Origin: an uncultured Thermoleophilaceae bacterium
Lineage (GTDB): Bacteria > Actinomycetota > Thermoleophilia > Solirubrobacterales > Thermoleophilaceae
DNA length: 64,000 nt
Assembly (NCBI GenBank): GCA_963802855.1
Contig: CAWDJP010000007.1
Coordinates: 96,035 to 160,034, forward strand
Reading direction: 5' to 3'
Part shown: positions 20,296 through 27,941 of the stretch, piece after piece
How the letters are laid out: each line of letters opens with the position of its first letter
Numbering within the stretch: position 1 is the first letter of the stretch
Position numbers and translations under genes: made by a program
The notes under the pieces: generated by a model
Databases searched by the model: none
Told to the model about the DNA's origin: nothing
What the model saw: only the letters and a program-made list of their open reading frames with translations

Positions 20296-20601
20296 ACCCG
20301 CGAGGTCGATGACCTCCAGCGGCCGCAGGTCGAAGACGACCTGCCCGACGGCGAGTGCGCGCGCCTGCTCGAGTGCCCCTTCGACGTGTCCGATGACCGA
20401 CCAGTCGAACTCGCCGGACAGCGCGAGCACGAGGGCCTGGCCCTCCCTCTCGGCTCGTAGGCTGAAGTACGGCTGGGGCGTTCCACGCACATCGAGGGCG
20501 GGTGCGGACGCGGAGGACACTCGCCCCGTCGCGGCGCTCCCGTTACCCCAACCGGCGCGCTGAGGTGTATCGCCCCCGCTGGGGACCTGTGGCTTCACCA
20601 C
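20164..20601 (-). CDS. STAS-domain protein (anti-sigma-factor-antagonist-like)
   Basis: 145-aa ORF: LVLALSGEFDWSVIGHVEGALEQ..VVFDLRPLEVIDLAGLRAIL. The position of the usual phosphorylatable Ser (DSSG) reads DLAG. The start is uncertain. Confidence 0.7.
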   Translation of the reverse strand: MVKPQVPSGGDTPQRAGWGNGSAATGRVSSASAPALDVRGTPQPYFSLRAEREGQALVLALSGEFDWSVIGHVEGALEQARALAVGQVVFDLRPLEVIDLAGLRAILRAHDSDAFDVIVVRPRGFASRVFTLTRVSEELTMVDSW

Positions 20602-21095
20602 CTGGCTCCCAGGCTGTGGCCTCGGCAGATGCTGCCGCCGCCACCCGATGCTCGCCGCGCTCCAACGGCACGACCACCGCCCCCGCGGGCTCGGGTGGAA
20701 CCCGCTTCAGCGGCCTCGACGGTGACCACCACGACGTCTGAGTGAGGGGGTGCGAGGGCGAGCAAGCGCGCCACGCGTGGGGTTCCAACGACGACGAGCC
20801 TGGCCGTGGTGCCGGAGGCAGAGCCGCGGTGGAGGTCGTGGATCAGGCGCAGCCCCGACGTGTCCATGAAGGTCGTCCGAGAGAGGTCCAACACGAGCAG
20901 GCCCCCCGAGCGCAACGGTCCGTCGGCCCGCGTCCTCTCGCTCTCGGCTTCGCGCTGAACCTCGGCGACGTTCGTTCGGTCCAGGTCGCCCTCTACGGAG
21001 AGGATCACGCCCCAGCTCCGGGACTCGCTGCTAACCGCGAACTCGGGCAGCGCCCCCTGCTCGACTAGCGCTGCTGACGTGGCAAGGGAAGGCAT
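20595..21095 (-). CDS. STAS-domain protein (anti-sigma-factor-antagonist-like)
   Basis: ORF 20595-21251 trimmed to the ATG at 21095 (MPSLATSAALV..). It contains VILSVEGDLDRTNVAEVQ..LVLDLSRTTFMDTSGLRLI with a DTSG motif. The C-terminal ~45 codons have poor codon bias, so the 3' end may be mis-framed. Confidence 0.65.
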   Translation of the reverse strand: MPSLATSAALVEQGALPEFAVSSESRSWGVILSVEGDLDRTNVAEVQREAESERTRADGPLRSGGLLVLDLSRTTFMDTSGLRLIHDLHRGSASGTTARLVVVGTPRVARLLALAPPHSDVVVVTVEAAEAGSTRARGGGGRAVGARRASGGGGSICRGHSLGARW

Positions 21096-21262
21096 CGCGG
21101 CTCCTCGTCGACGGAACTGATGACAAGGAGTTCGACGACCCGACCGATCCCTCGGCCGACGGCGCCCGCTCCGAGGCGCGGCACGACGAACGATCCACTC
21201 ACAGACGGTTCGCCGTGGACGAAGTCTAGCGCCGGCCCCAGCCGCGAGCAACGGTCCACCGA

Positions 21263-21706
21263 TTGGAAAATCCGCCGTTCGAACGGCAGCTCACGGGGCT
21301 AGACTCGTGCTCGGTGGAACAGGGCTCCGAACAGCTTCACGGTGGCCGGCTCCTCGTGGCCGTCTGTGACGCGATGGTCTCGATCTTCCGGGACTTCGCG
21401 GGCAAGGGGCCGTCCCGCTGCAAAGCTCACTGGGCAGGCGACGACACGCTCGTGGTGATGCTGGACGGCGGCTACACGGTGGCGGAGCAGACCCTGCTCG
21501 AGGCCGGCCACGGGCCACAGGTGATGGCCTCCCGCCACGCGTTCCAGAACGCGCTCGAGGCGCGCATGTCCGAGACGATCGAGGAGCTGACGGGCCGCAA
21601 GGTGCTGGCATTCATGAGCGCGTCGCACCAGGGCCCCGACCTCAGCGCCGAGCTGTTCGTGCTGGAGCCCGAGCACCGCGGAGACGCGGAGCCCGCGAAC
21701 GCCTGA
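21263..21706 (+). CDS. DUF2294 (MpsC-like) family protein
   Basis: 147-aa ORF: AVCDAMVSIFRDFAGKGPSRCKAHWAGDDTLVVMLDGGYTVAEQTLL...RKVLAFMSASH. The start may be a few codons downstream. Confidence 0.7.
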   Translation: MENPPFERQLTGLDSCSVEQGSEQLHGGRLLVAVCDAMVSIFRDFAGKGPSRCKAHWAGDDTLVVMLDGGYTVAEQTLLEAGHGPQVMASRHAFQNALEARMSETIEELTGRKVLAFMSASHQGPDLSAELFVLEPEHRGDAEPANA

Positions 21707-21718
21707 ACGCGGCCGCTC

Positions 21719-22126
21719 CTACGCCGGCGTGAGGACGAACACCTCGGTCGCCATCGCCCGGTCGACCTCGAAGCCGCTGATCACGGCCAGCACCTCGCGG
21801 CCCATCACCTCGGCCACCGCAGCCTTGAACATGCCGTCGGTCGCGCGCTGCCACAGCATCCGCGTGACCAGCACGCTTTCCTGATCGCCGGCTTCGATCA
21901 TCATCCGCTCGACATCGGTGAGCACATCGCGCATCAGCGTGACCACCAGGTCGCCGTGCATGAACGACTCGACGTCGATCGGCCCCTTCCCGAACTTGTC
22001 GAGGAACAGCCGCGACACCACCTCTGACACGGCATCCGCGGTCGAGGCGCCGTCATCGGGAGCAGCCACGAGCAACGTCCGATCGGTCCTCTCCGCCGAA
22101 GGCGCGTCGCAGGGCGGAGAGGGCAT
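21719..22126 (-). CDS. DUF2294 (MpsC-like) family protein
   Basis: ORF 21719-22210 trimmed to the ATG at 22126. VSEVVSRLFLDKFGKGPIDVESFMHGDLVVTLMRDVLTDVERMMI..REVLAVISGFE is a paralogue of 21263-21706. Confidence 0.7.
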   Translation of the reverse strand: MPSPPCDAPSAERTDRTLLVAAPDDGASTADAVSEVVSRLFLDKFGKGPIDVESFMHGDLVVTLMRDVLTDVERMMIEAGDQESVLVTRMLWQRATDGMFKAAVAEVMGREVLAVISGFEVDRAMATEVFVLTPA

Positions 22127-22188
22127 GAGCTCCCGGCGAAACGGTCTCACCGAGGCTAGCACCGACCAAACCAGCATGATGTGGCCCG

Positions 22189-22978
22189 ATGCAACCCACC
22201 GAGCCACCATGCGAGCTGATCACCATCCCGATCAGCCACTACTGCGAGAAGGCGCGCTGGGCGCTCGACCGCGCCGGCATCCCGTACCGCGAGCGGGCGC
22301 ACCTGCAGGTGATCCACCGCTTCGTGGTGCGTCGCGCCGGGGGTGGGACGACCGCGCCCGTCCTGGTCTGCGGCGACCGGGTGCTTGGCCGACTCCGCCG
22401 ACATCGTCGACTACGCCAACTCGCATCTGCCCCCCGAGGCGCGGCTGTATCCCGACGACCCGACGCTTGCCGAAGAAGCACGCACGCTCGAGCGCGACTT
22501 CGATGCCCGGCTGGGGCCGGAGGGCAGGCGGTGGATGTACCAGCGGCTGAGCGGTCGGCGCGACATCGCCCAGGCCTACGGCCTTAAGGGCGTCCCGGCG
22601 TGGGAGCGGCGCGCGTTCCCGGTCGCCTACCCCGTGGTGTCGAGGATCATCGACCACTTCCTCGAGGTGACCCCGGAGAAGGCGGCCGAGTCGGAGACCA
22701 TCGTGCGCGAGACCTTCGACGCAGTTGCCGCCCGACTTGACGACGGCCGGCGCTACCTGGTCGGCGATCGCTTCACCGCCGCGGACCTGACGTTCTCGGC
22801 ACTCGCGGGCGCCGTACTGATGCCACCCGAGTACTCGGTACCGCTGCCCCAGCCCGACGAGCTGCCGACGGAGATGGCCTCTGTCGTCCGCGAGCTCCGC
22901 GCGCACCCCGCAGGAGCCCACGCGCTCGCGATGTTCCGCGACGAGCGACGCCCGGCGACTCGGGCGAGCACGCCGTGA
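22189..22978 (+). pseudogene. Glutathione S-transferase-like protein, one frameshift
   Basis: The N-terminal thioredoxin-like part (ELITIPISHYCEKARWALDRAGIPY..APVLVCGDRVL) is in ORF 22189-22587. The continuation (ADSADIVDYANSHLPPEARLYP...YLVGDRFTAADLTFSAL) is in ORF 22343-22978. An extra g at 22387-22388 separates them. Confidence 0.75.
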
Positions 22979-23538
22979 GCGGCCCGTCGGACCCGCCGCG
23001 AGTCACTGCTTCGCGCGTCGTTTACGAGAACCGCTGGATGCGCCTGCGCGAGGACCGGCTCGAGCGCGCCGACGGATCGCAGGGGCTCTACTCGGTGGTC
23101 GAGAAGGCGCCCGCGGCCGTGATCGTCGCGCTGTCCGACGAGGGCGAGATCGCTCTCGTCGAGCAATGGCGGCATCCCGTCGGGGCTCGTTTCCTCGAGC
23201 TCCCGCAGGGCGCGTGGGACGGCGCAGAAAGTCCGGACCCGGAGGAGCTCGCGCGCGGTGAGCTGGCTGAGGAGACCGGCCTACGGGCGAACACCATGGA
23301 GCTGTTGGGCAACCTCTTCTTCGCGTACGGGATCTCCGACCAGCGCTTCGGCGTGTGGCTGGCGACCGGGCTGGAGCAGGGTGAGCAAGCGCTCGAGCCC
23401 GAGGAGGAGGGACTCCGTGTCCTCCAGCTCCCCGCCGGAGAGGTCGAGCGCATGGTGGCCGACGGGGAGATCGCGGACTCCGCGAGCGTGGCGGCGCTGG
23501 GCCTGTTGCGGCTCAAGCGATCGGAGCTGCTGGCCTGA
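22975..23538 (+). CDS. NUDIX hydrolase
   Basis: 187-aa ORF with a Nudix box (GAWDG..PEELARGELAEETGL). The start overlaps the upstream stop. Confidence 0.8.
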   Translation: MSGPSDPPRVTASRVVYENRWMRLREDRLERADGSQGLYSVVEKAPAAVIVALSDEGEIALVEQWRHPVGARFLELPQGAWDGAESPDPEELARGELAEETGLRANTMELLGNLFFAYGISDQRFGVWLATGLEQGEQALEPEEEGLRVLQLPAGEVERMVADGEIADSASVAALGLLRLKRSELLA

Positions 23539-23583
23539 CCGTCGTGGCGGGAGGGCGCGCGAGCTCGAGCTCCTGTAGCCGGC

Positions 23584-25413
23584 TCAGCCGGCCCGGCCGC
23601 GTGCCTTGTCGATCTCCCAGGCTGCGGTGATCAGCCCAATGTGGCTGAACGCCTGGGGAAAGTTGCCGAGCTGCTCTTCGTTCTGGGTGTCGATCTCCTC
23701 GGCCAGCAGGCCCAGGTCGTTCGCGTAGCCCGCGAGCTGCTCGAACAGGGCCTCGGCGCGCTCGACCTCGCCCGCTTTGGCGAGGCACGACACCAGCCAG
23801 AACGAGCAGATCACGAAGGTGCCCTCCTCGCCGCTCAGGCCGTCGGCGTTCAATCCCTCCTCGTTGCGATAGCGCAGCACCAGGCCGTCCTCGGTCAGGC
23901 CCGCCGCGATCGCCTCGATCGTGGACCGCATGCGCTCGTCGTCGGCGGGAAGGAAGCCGAGGACCGGCATCAGCAGCTGCGCCGCGTCGAGCTCGTCCGA
24001 GTCGAAGGACTGAGCGTAGGCTCCCTGCTGCTCACTCCAGCCACGCTCGAGGATGGCCGTACGGATGCGGTCGCGCTCCTCGGCCCATGCCTCGGTGCGC
24101 GCGTGGCTTCCGAGCTTCGGCGCCAGCTTCACGGCGCGGTCGAGCGCGGTCCAGCACAGCACCTTCGAGGAAAGATGGTGGCGCGGCTCGCCGCGCATCT
24201 CCCACATGCCGGCGTCGGTCTCGGTCCAGCGTCGCGCGGCCGTGTCGGCAAGGTCAGCCACGAACGCCTGGATCTCCGGGTGCAGCTCACCCAGCTCCTC
24301 GCGGTACAGGTACAAGGAGTTGAGCAACTCGCCGTACACGTCGAGCTGGGTCTGGCCCCACGCGCCGTTTCCCACGCGAACCGGTCTGGAGTCGCGCCAG
24401 CCACGCAGGTGGGGAAGCTCGCGCTCGGAGAGGTCGTGCTCACCCCCGATGCCGTACATGATCTGAAGCGATCCCTCCGCCGCGCGTCCGCCCGCCGAGC
24501 TGGCCATGAAGGAGACGAAGTTCTGCGCCTCGTCCGAGCAGGCGCCGATGTACAGCGCCTCGAGCGTGAGGCTGGCGTCGCGGATCCAGGCGTAGCGGTA
24601 GTCCCAGTTGCGCTCGCCTCCGACGGTCTCCGGGAGCGAGGTGGTCGGCGCCGCCACGATCGCGCCCGTGGGCCGGTACGTCAGCCCCTTCAGCACGCGC
24701 GAGCTCAGGCGCACCAAGTCGCGGTGCGGGCCCTCGTAGATGTCGTGGTCAGCCTCCCAGGACCGCCAGCCCTCGACGGTGTCGGCGACGCGGGCGGCGA
24801 CCTCGGCGGGCGCGGTGGCGTCGGGCTCAGGGTCGTCGACGCGGGCCCACCGCATTGAGAAGCCCACCCGCTCGCCCTTAGAGACGGCGAACACCGCCTG
24901 CATCGTCGAGTCCTCCACCTCCACCGGCACACCGGCGTTGACCGCGATCCGGTTGGGTCCGCCGAAGGTGCGACCGCCCCCGTCGACCTTGCGGAACAGG
25001 GGACGCACGAGGCCGTACTCGGGCCGCGGCGATAGCTCCATCGCGAGCTCGACGGTGCCGGATACCCCCTCCACCGAGCGCAGCACCTCGTGCTGCGCGT
25101 CGAGGCCGAGGTCGTGGCCGCGCTGCCCGGGAGCGAACGCCATGGCGTCCCGCAGGCGCACCTCGCCCGTGTCGGTCTTGAAAGTCGTCTCCACCACCAG
25201 GCTGCCATCGAGGTACCGGCGCTCGCTCGTAAACGAGCCGGCGGGACGAATCGACCAGTGGCCGGCATCGTGGTCGAGGATGCGTGCGAAGACCGCCGGG
25301 CTGTCGTAGCGCGGAAGGCACAGCCAGTCGATCGACCCGGCGCGGTCGATCAGCGCGGCCGAGTTGCAGTCCGCCATCAGGCCGTAGTCGCCGACCGGCT
25401 TGGAGTCGCTCAT
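23584..25413 (-). CDS. Glycoside hydrolase family 15 (glucoamylase/trehalase-like)
   Basis: Intact 609-aa ORF: GDYGLMADCNSAALIDRAGSIDWLCLPRYDSP, ERNWDYRYAWIRDA, GNFPQAFSHIGLI. Confidence 0.9.
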   Translation of the reverse strand: MSDSKPVGDYGLMADCNSAALIDRAGSIDWLCLPRYDSPAVFARILDHDAGHWSIRPAGSFTSERRYLDGSLVVETTFKTDTGEVRLRDAMAFAPGQRGHDLGLDAQHEVLRSVEGVSGTVELAMELSPRPEYGLVRPLFRKVDGGGRTFGGPNRIAVNAGVPVEVEDSTMQAVFAVSKGERVGFSMRWARVDDPEPDATAPAEVAARVADTVEGWRSWEADHDIYEGPHRDLVRLSSRVLKGLTYRPTGAIVAAPTTSLPETVGGERNWDYRYAWIRDASLTLEALYIGACSDEAQNFVSFMASSAGGRAAEGSLQIMYGIGGEHDLSERELPHLRGWRDSRPVRVGNGAWGQTQLDVYGELLNSLYLYREELGELHPEIQAFVADLADTAARRWTETDAGMWEMRGEPRHHLSSKVLCWTALDRAVKLAPKLGSHARTEAWAEERDRIRTAILERGWSEQQGAYAQSFDSDELDAAQLLMPVLGFLPADDERMRSTIEAIAAGLTEDGLVLRYRNEEGLNADGLSGEEGTFVICSFWLVSCLAKAGEVERAEALFEQLAGYANDLGLLAEEIDTQNEEQLGNFPQAFSHIGLITAAWEIDKARGRAG

Positions 25414-25502
25414 CGTGGCATTCTGGCTTGGTGGCGCAATGGCGGCATTGTGTGCGCCATCGGGATCGGTTCTAGCCCGTCGAATCTGGTAGAACGGCAG
25501 CC

Positions 25503-25607
25503 GTGGACCGGCGCCTGGCGAACCGCAACCTGCGTACGGCGCTCATCGCCGGGGCGCTTTCCCTGATCGTGTTCGCGGCGGCCTTCGTGGTCGGGCTCAT
25601 CTACTGA
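25503..25607 (+). CDS. Small membrane protein (34 aa)
   Basis: GTG start. VDRRLANRNLRTALIAGALSLIVFAAAFVVGLIY has a single TM helix and nearly all third positions are G/C. Its stop overlaps the next ATG (TGATG). Confidence 0.45.
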   Translation: MDRRLANRNLRTALIAGALSLIVFAAAFVVGLIY

Positions 25608-25846
25608 TGGCCACCGAGCCCGAGAGCCTCGAGCACGTGCCGCCACCCGGCGAGGCGATCCACCTTCCGGGCCCCTCCTACCTGCCTGTGATCGTCGCCG
25701 CCGGCATCACGATCGCGCTCGTCGGAGTCGTCCTGAACTGGGTCCTGTTCGGGATCGGCGTGGCGATCACCGTCGTGGCCATCCTCCGCTGGGTCGGCCA
25801 GACTCGGGCGGACATCGCCGAGCTGCCGCTCGAGCACGAGCACTAG
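25607..25846 (+). CDS. Small two-TM membrane protein, possibly a cytochrome oxidase subunit IV-like accessory subunit
   Basis: 79-aa ORF. HLPGPSYLPVIVAAGITIALVGVVL.. resembles the F-x-P-H-S-W-W-P..A..G segment of actinobacterial CtaF. It lies about 1 kb from ctaC. Confidence 0.5.
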   Translation: MATEPESLEHVPPPGEAIHLPGPSYLPVIVAAGITIALVGVVLNWVLFGIGVAITVVAILRWVGQTRADIAELPLEHEH

Positions 25847-25872
25847 GCCGACCGGTCCCGCGGCCGTCGGCC
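25847..25872. terminator. GC-rich hairpin between convergent genes (candidate bidirectional terminator)
   Basis: ggccgac (25847-25853) pairs with gtcggcc (25866-25872) around a 12-nt loop. It starts directly after the stop at 25846 and lies 12 nt from the stop of the convergent CBS gene. There is no T-tract. Confidence 0.3.
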
Positions 25873-25883
25873 GACGCCGGCCC

Positions 25884-26297
25884 TCAGACGCTCGGCGCCT
25901 CGCGCGGCATCTCGGACGTGGCGCCGTCCTGGACCCAGCAACGGACGATGTCGCGCATGGAGAGGACGCCCACCAGGTCGCCACCGTCGACGACCACGAG
26001 GTGGCGGAAGCCGCCGCGCACCATCGCCTCCGCGGCGCGTTCGAGCGACCACTCCGGTGAGGCGAACGTCAGGTTGGCCGAGAGGTGGTCCGCGACGCGT
26101 TCGGTCTCGGGGTCCTGGCCGCTGCCGAGCGAGTCGAGCACGTCGCGCTCTGTCACGATGCCCGGTCCCGGCTGCTCGGGATCGATGACCACCGCCGCCC
26201 CAACCCCGCGCCCGGACATCGCACGCGCCGCCTGGCGCAGCGAGTGGTCGGGCCCTACCGTGAGAACGACGCTGCTCATCCCGTCCCGGACCCGCAA
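25884..26297 (-). CDS. CBS-domain pair protein
   Basis: ORF 25884-26384 trimmed to the TTG at 26297, which is preceded by aggagg. Two CBS motifs are present (VVLTVGPDHSLRQAARAMSGRGVGAAVV; ASPEWSLERAAEAMVRGGFRHLVVV). Confidence 0.75.
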   Translation of the reverse strand: MRVRDGMSSVVLTVGPDHSLRQAARAMSGRGVGAAVVIDPEQPGPGIVTERDVLDSLGSGQDPETERVADHLSANLTFASPEWSLERAAEAMVRGGFRHLVVVDGGDLVGVLSMRDIVRCWVQDGATSEMPREAPSV

Positions 26298-26401
26298 ATC
26301 AACCTCCTCGCTTCGTGCCGATCGGCGCAATCCTAACCACGCACGCGACATTGCGACAGGGTGAGCGATCCGATTCGGTCGCAACTGCGTAGAGATCTCT
26401 G

Positions 26402-26776
26402 ATGCGCTCGGCCGCCAAGCGCCCCGCCACCGTCCATCGCCGGCGAGCTCTGTTCTTGGAGGCCGCCGCGATCATCGATGCCGAGTACTCAGCCAAGCTC
26501 GCGCTGGACGACGTGGCGCGCCGGGTGGCCACCTCCCGGCGCCAGCTCCAGCGCGCCTTCGCCGAGGCGGGGGAGACCAGCTTCCGCACCTATCTCCACC
26601 GCGTTCGCATGGACCGCGCCGCCGAGCTGCTGCGCTCGGGGACGGGCTCTGTGAACGAGGTGGCCGGCGCCGTCGGCTACCGCCAGCCCGCCCAGTTCGC
26701 GAAGGCTTTCCGGCGCCATCACGGGGTGCTCCCCTCCAGCTTCCGCAGCACCCGCGCCGAGCGGCTCGCCGCCTGA
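26402..26776 (+). CDS. AraC-family helix-turn-helix transcriptional regulator (DNA-binding domain only)
   Basis: 124-aa ORF: LALDDVARRVATSRRQLQRAFAEAGETSFRTYLHRVRMDRAAELL...VGYRQPAQFAKAFRRHHGVLPSSFR. Confidence 0.8.
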   Translation: MRSAAKRPATVHRRRALFLEAAAIIDAEYSAKLALDDVARRVATSRRQLQRAFAEAGETSFRTYLHRVRMDRAAELLRSGTGSVNEVAGAVGYRQPAQFAKAFRRHHGVLPSSFRSTRAERLAA

Positions 26777-26879
26777 GAGGCCGCCCCGGAGCCGAGCTCG
26801 GGCGGCACGCGCGAACCGGGTCGCGCCCGTCGTCCGCGTGAAATAGACTCGCGCGCCGTGATCCGGACCGGGGGAACCG

Positions 26880-27941
26880 ATGCGCTTGCTGCGTAGACGC
26901 CCCCTTCTGGGCATGGCCCTGTTGAGCACCGTGGCCACGATCATCGGCTGGGTGATCGTGCTCGCGATCGACTGGTTCCCGGTGCCCGCATCAACGGCCT
27001 CGGACGACATCGACACGCTGTACGACGTCCTCCTGATCGCCTCCGTCCCGATCTTCGTGCTGGTGATGTCGGTCGCGATCTACTCGGTGCTCGCATTCCG
27101 CGTCAAGCCGGGCGACCTCAGCGACGGCGAGCCGATCCACGGCAACACCCGCCTCGAGATCATCTGGGTGACGATCCCCTTCATCATGGTCACGGCGCTC
27201 GCCGCCTACGGCTGGATCGTCCTGGACGACATCGAGGCGAAGAAGCCGAACACCCTGGTCGTGGACGTGACGGCCCAGCAGTTCACCTGGAGCTTCGGGT
27301 ACCCCGACGAGGGCAAGGTCAAGTCCAATCAGCTCGTGCTCCCACTCGACCGACCGGTCGAGTTCAAGATCAACACGAAGGACGTGCTGCACGATTTCTG
27401 GGTGCCGCAGTTCCGGCTCAAGTCCGACGCCGTGCCCGGCCTGACCACCAAGATCAGGCTGACGCCCGACAGGCTCGGCGAGTACAACGTGGTGTGCGCC
27501 GAGCTGTGCGGCATCGGGCACTCGACCATGCGCCAGACGGTGCGCGTGGTCCGGCCCGCCGCCTTCCGGGCCTGGCTGGACGAGCGCAAGGCCGCGGCCG
27601 GCGGTGGGGGCGCCGGCGGGGACGACGCCGCGGCCGCAGGTAGGCAGCTGTTCAACGACACCGGCTGCAACGCCTGCCATGCGCTGGCCGATGCCAACTC
27701 GACCGCCACGATCGGGCCCAAGCTCGATCAGCTGGCCGCCGCGGCGGCCAGGAACGGCAAGTCCGAAGGCCAGTCGCCCGAGGAGTACGTGAAGACCTCG
27801 ATCGAGGATCCGAGCGCGTTCGTCGTGCGCGGCTTCGACGACGGGATCATGCCGAAGACCTTCAAGGAGCAGCTCTCGCCTGAGCAGATCGACACGCTCG
27901 TGAAGTACCTTCTCGGCGTGGCAGGAGGAGGAAAAGGGTGA
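26880..27941 (+). CDS. ctaC: Cytochrome c oxidase subunit II with C-terminal cytochrome c domain (caa3 type)
   Basis: 353-aa ORF with two TM helices, the CuA site (DVLHDFWVPQFR..CAELCGIGHSTM) and a C-terminal CNACH haem c motif. Confidence 0.9.
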   Translation: MRLLRRRPLLGMALLSTVATIIGWVIVLAIDWFPVPASTASDDIDTLYDVLLIASVPIFVLVMSVAIYSVLAFRVKPGDLSDGEPIHGNTRLEIIWVTIPFIMVTALAAYGWIVLDDIEAKKPNTLVVDVTAQQFTWSFGYPDEGKVKSNQLVLPLDRPVEFKINTKDVLHDFWVPQFRLKSDAVPGLTTKIRLTPDRLGEYNVVCAELCGIGHSTMRQTVRVVRPAAFRAWLDERKAAAGGGGAGGDDAAAAGRQLFNDTGCNACHALADANSTATIGPKLDQLAAAAARNGKSEGQSPEEYVKTSIEDPSAFVVRGFDDGIMPKTFKEQLSPEQIDTLVKYLLGVAGGGKG

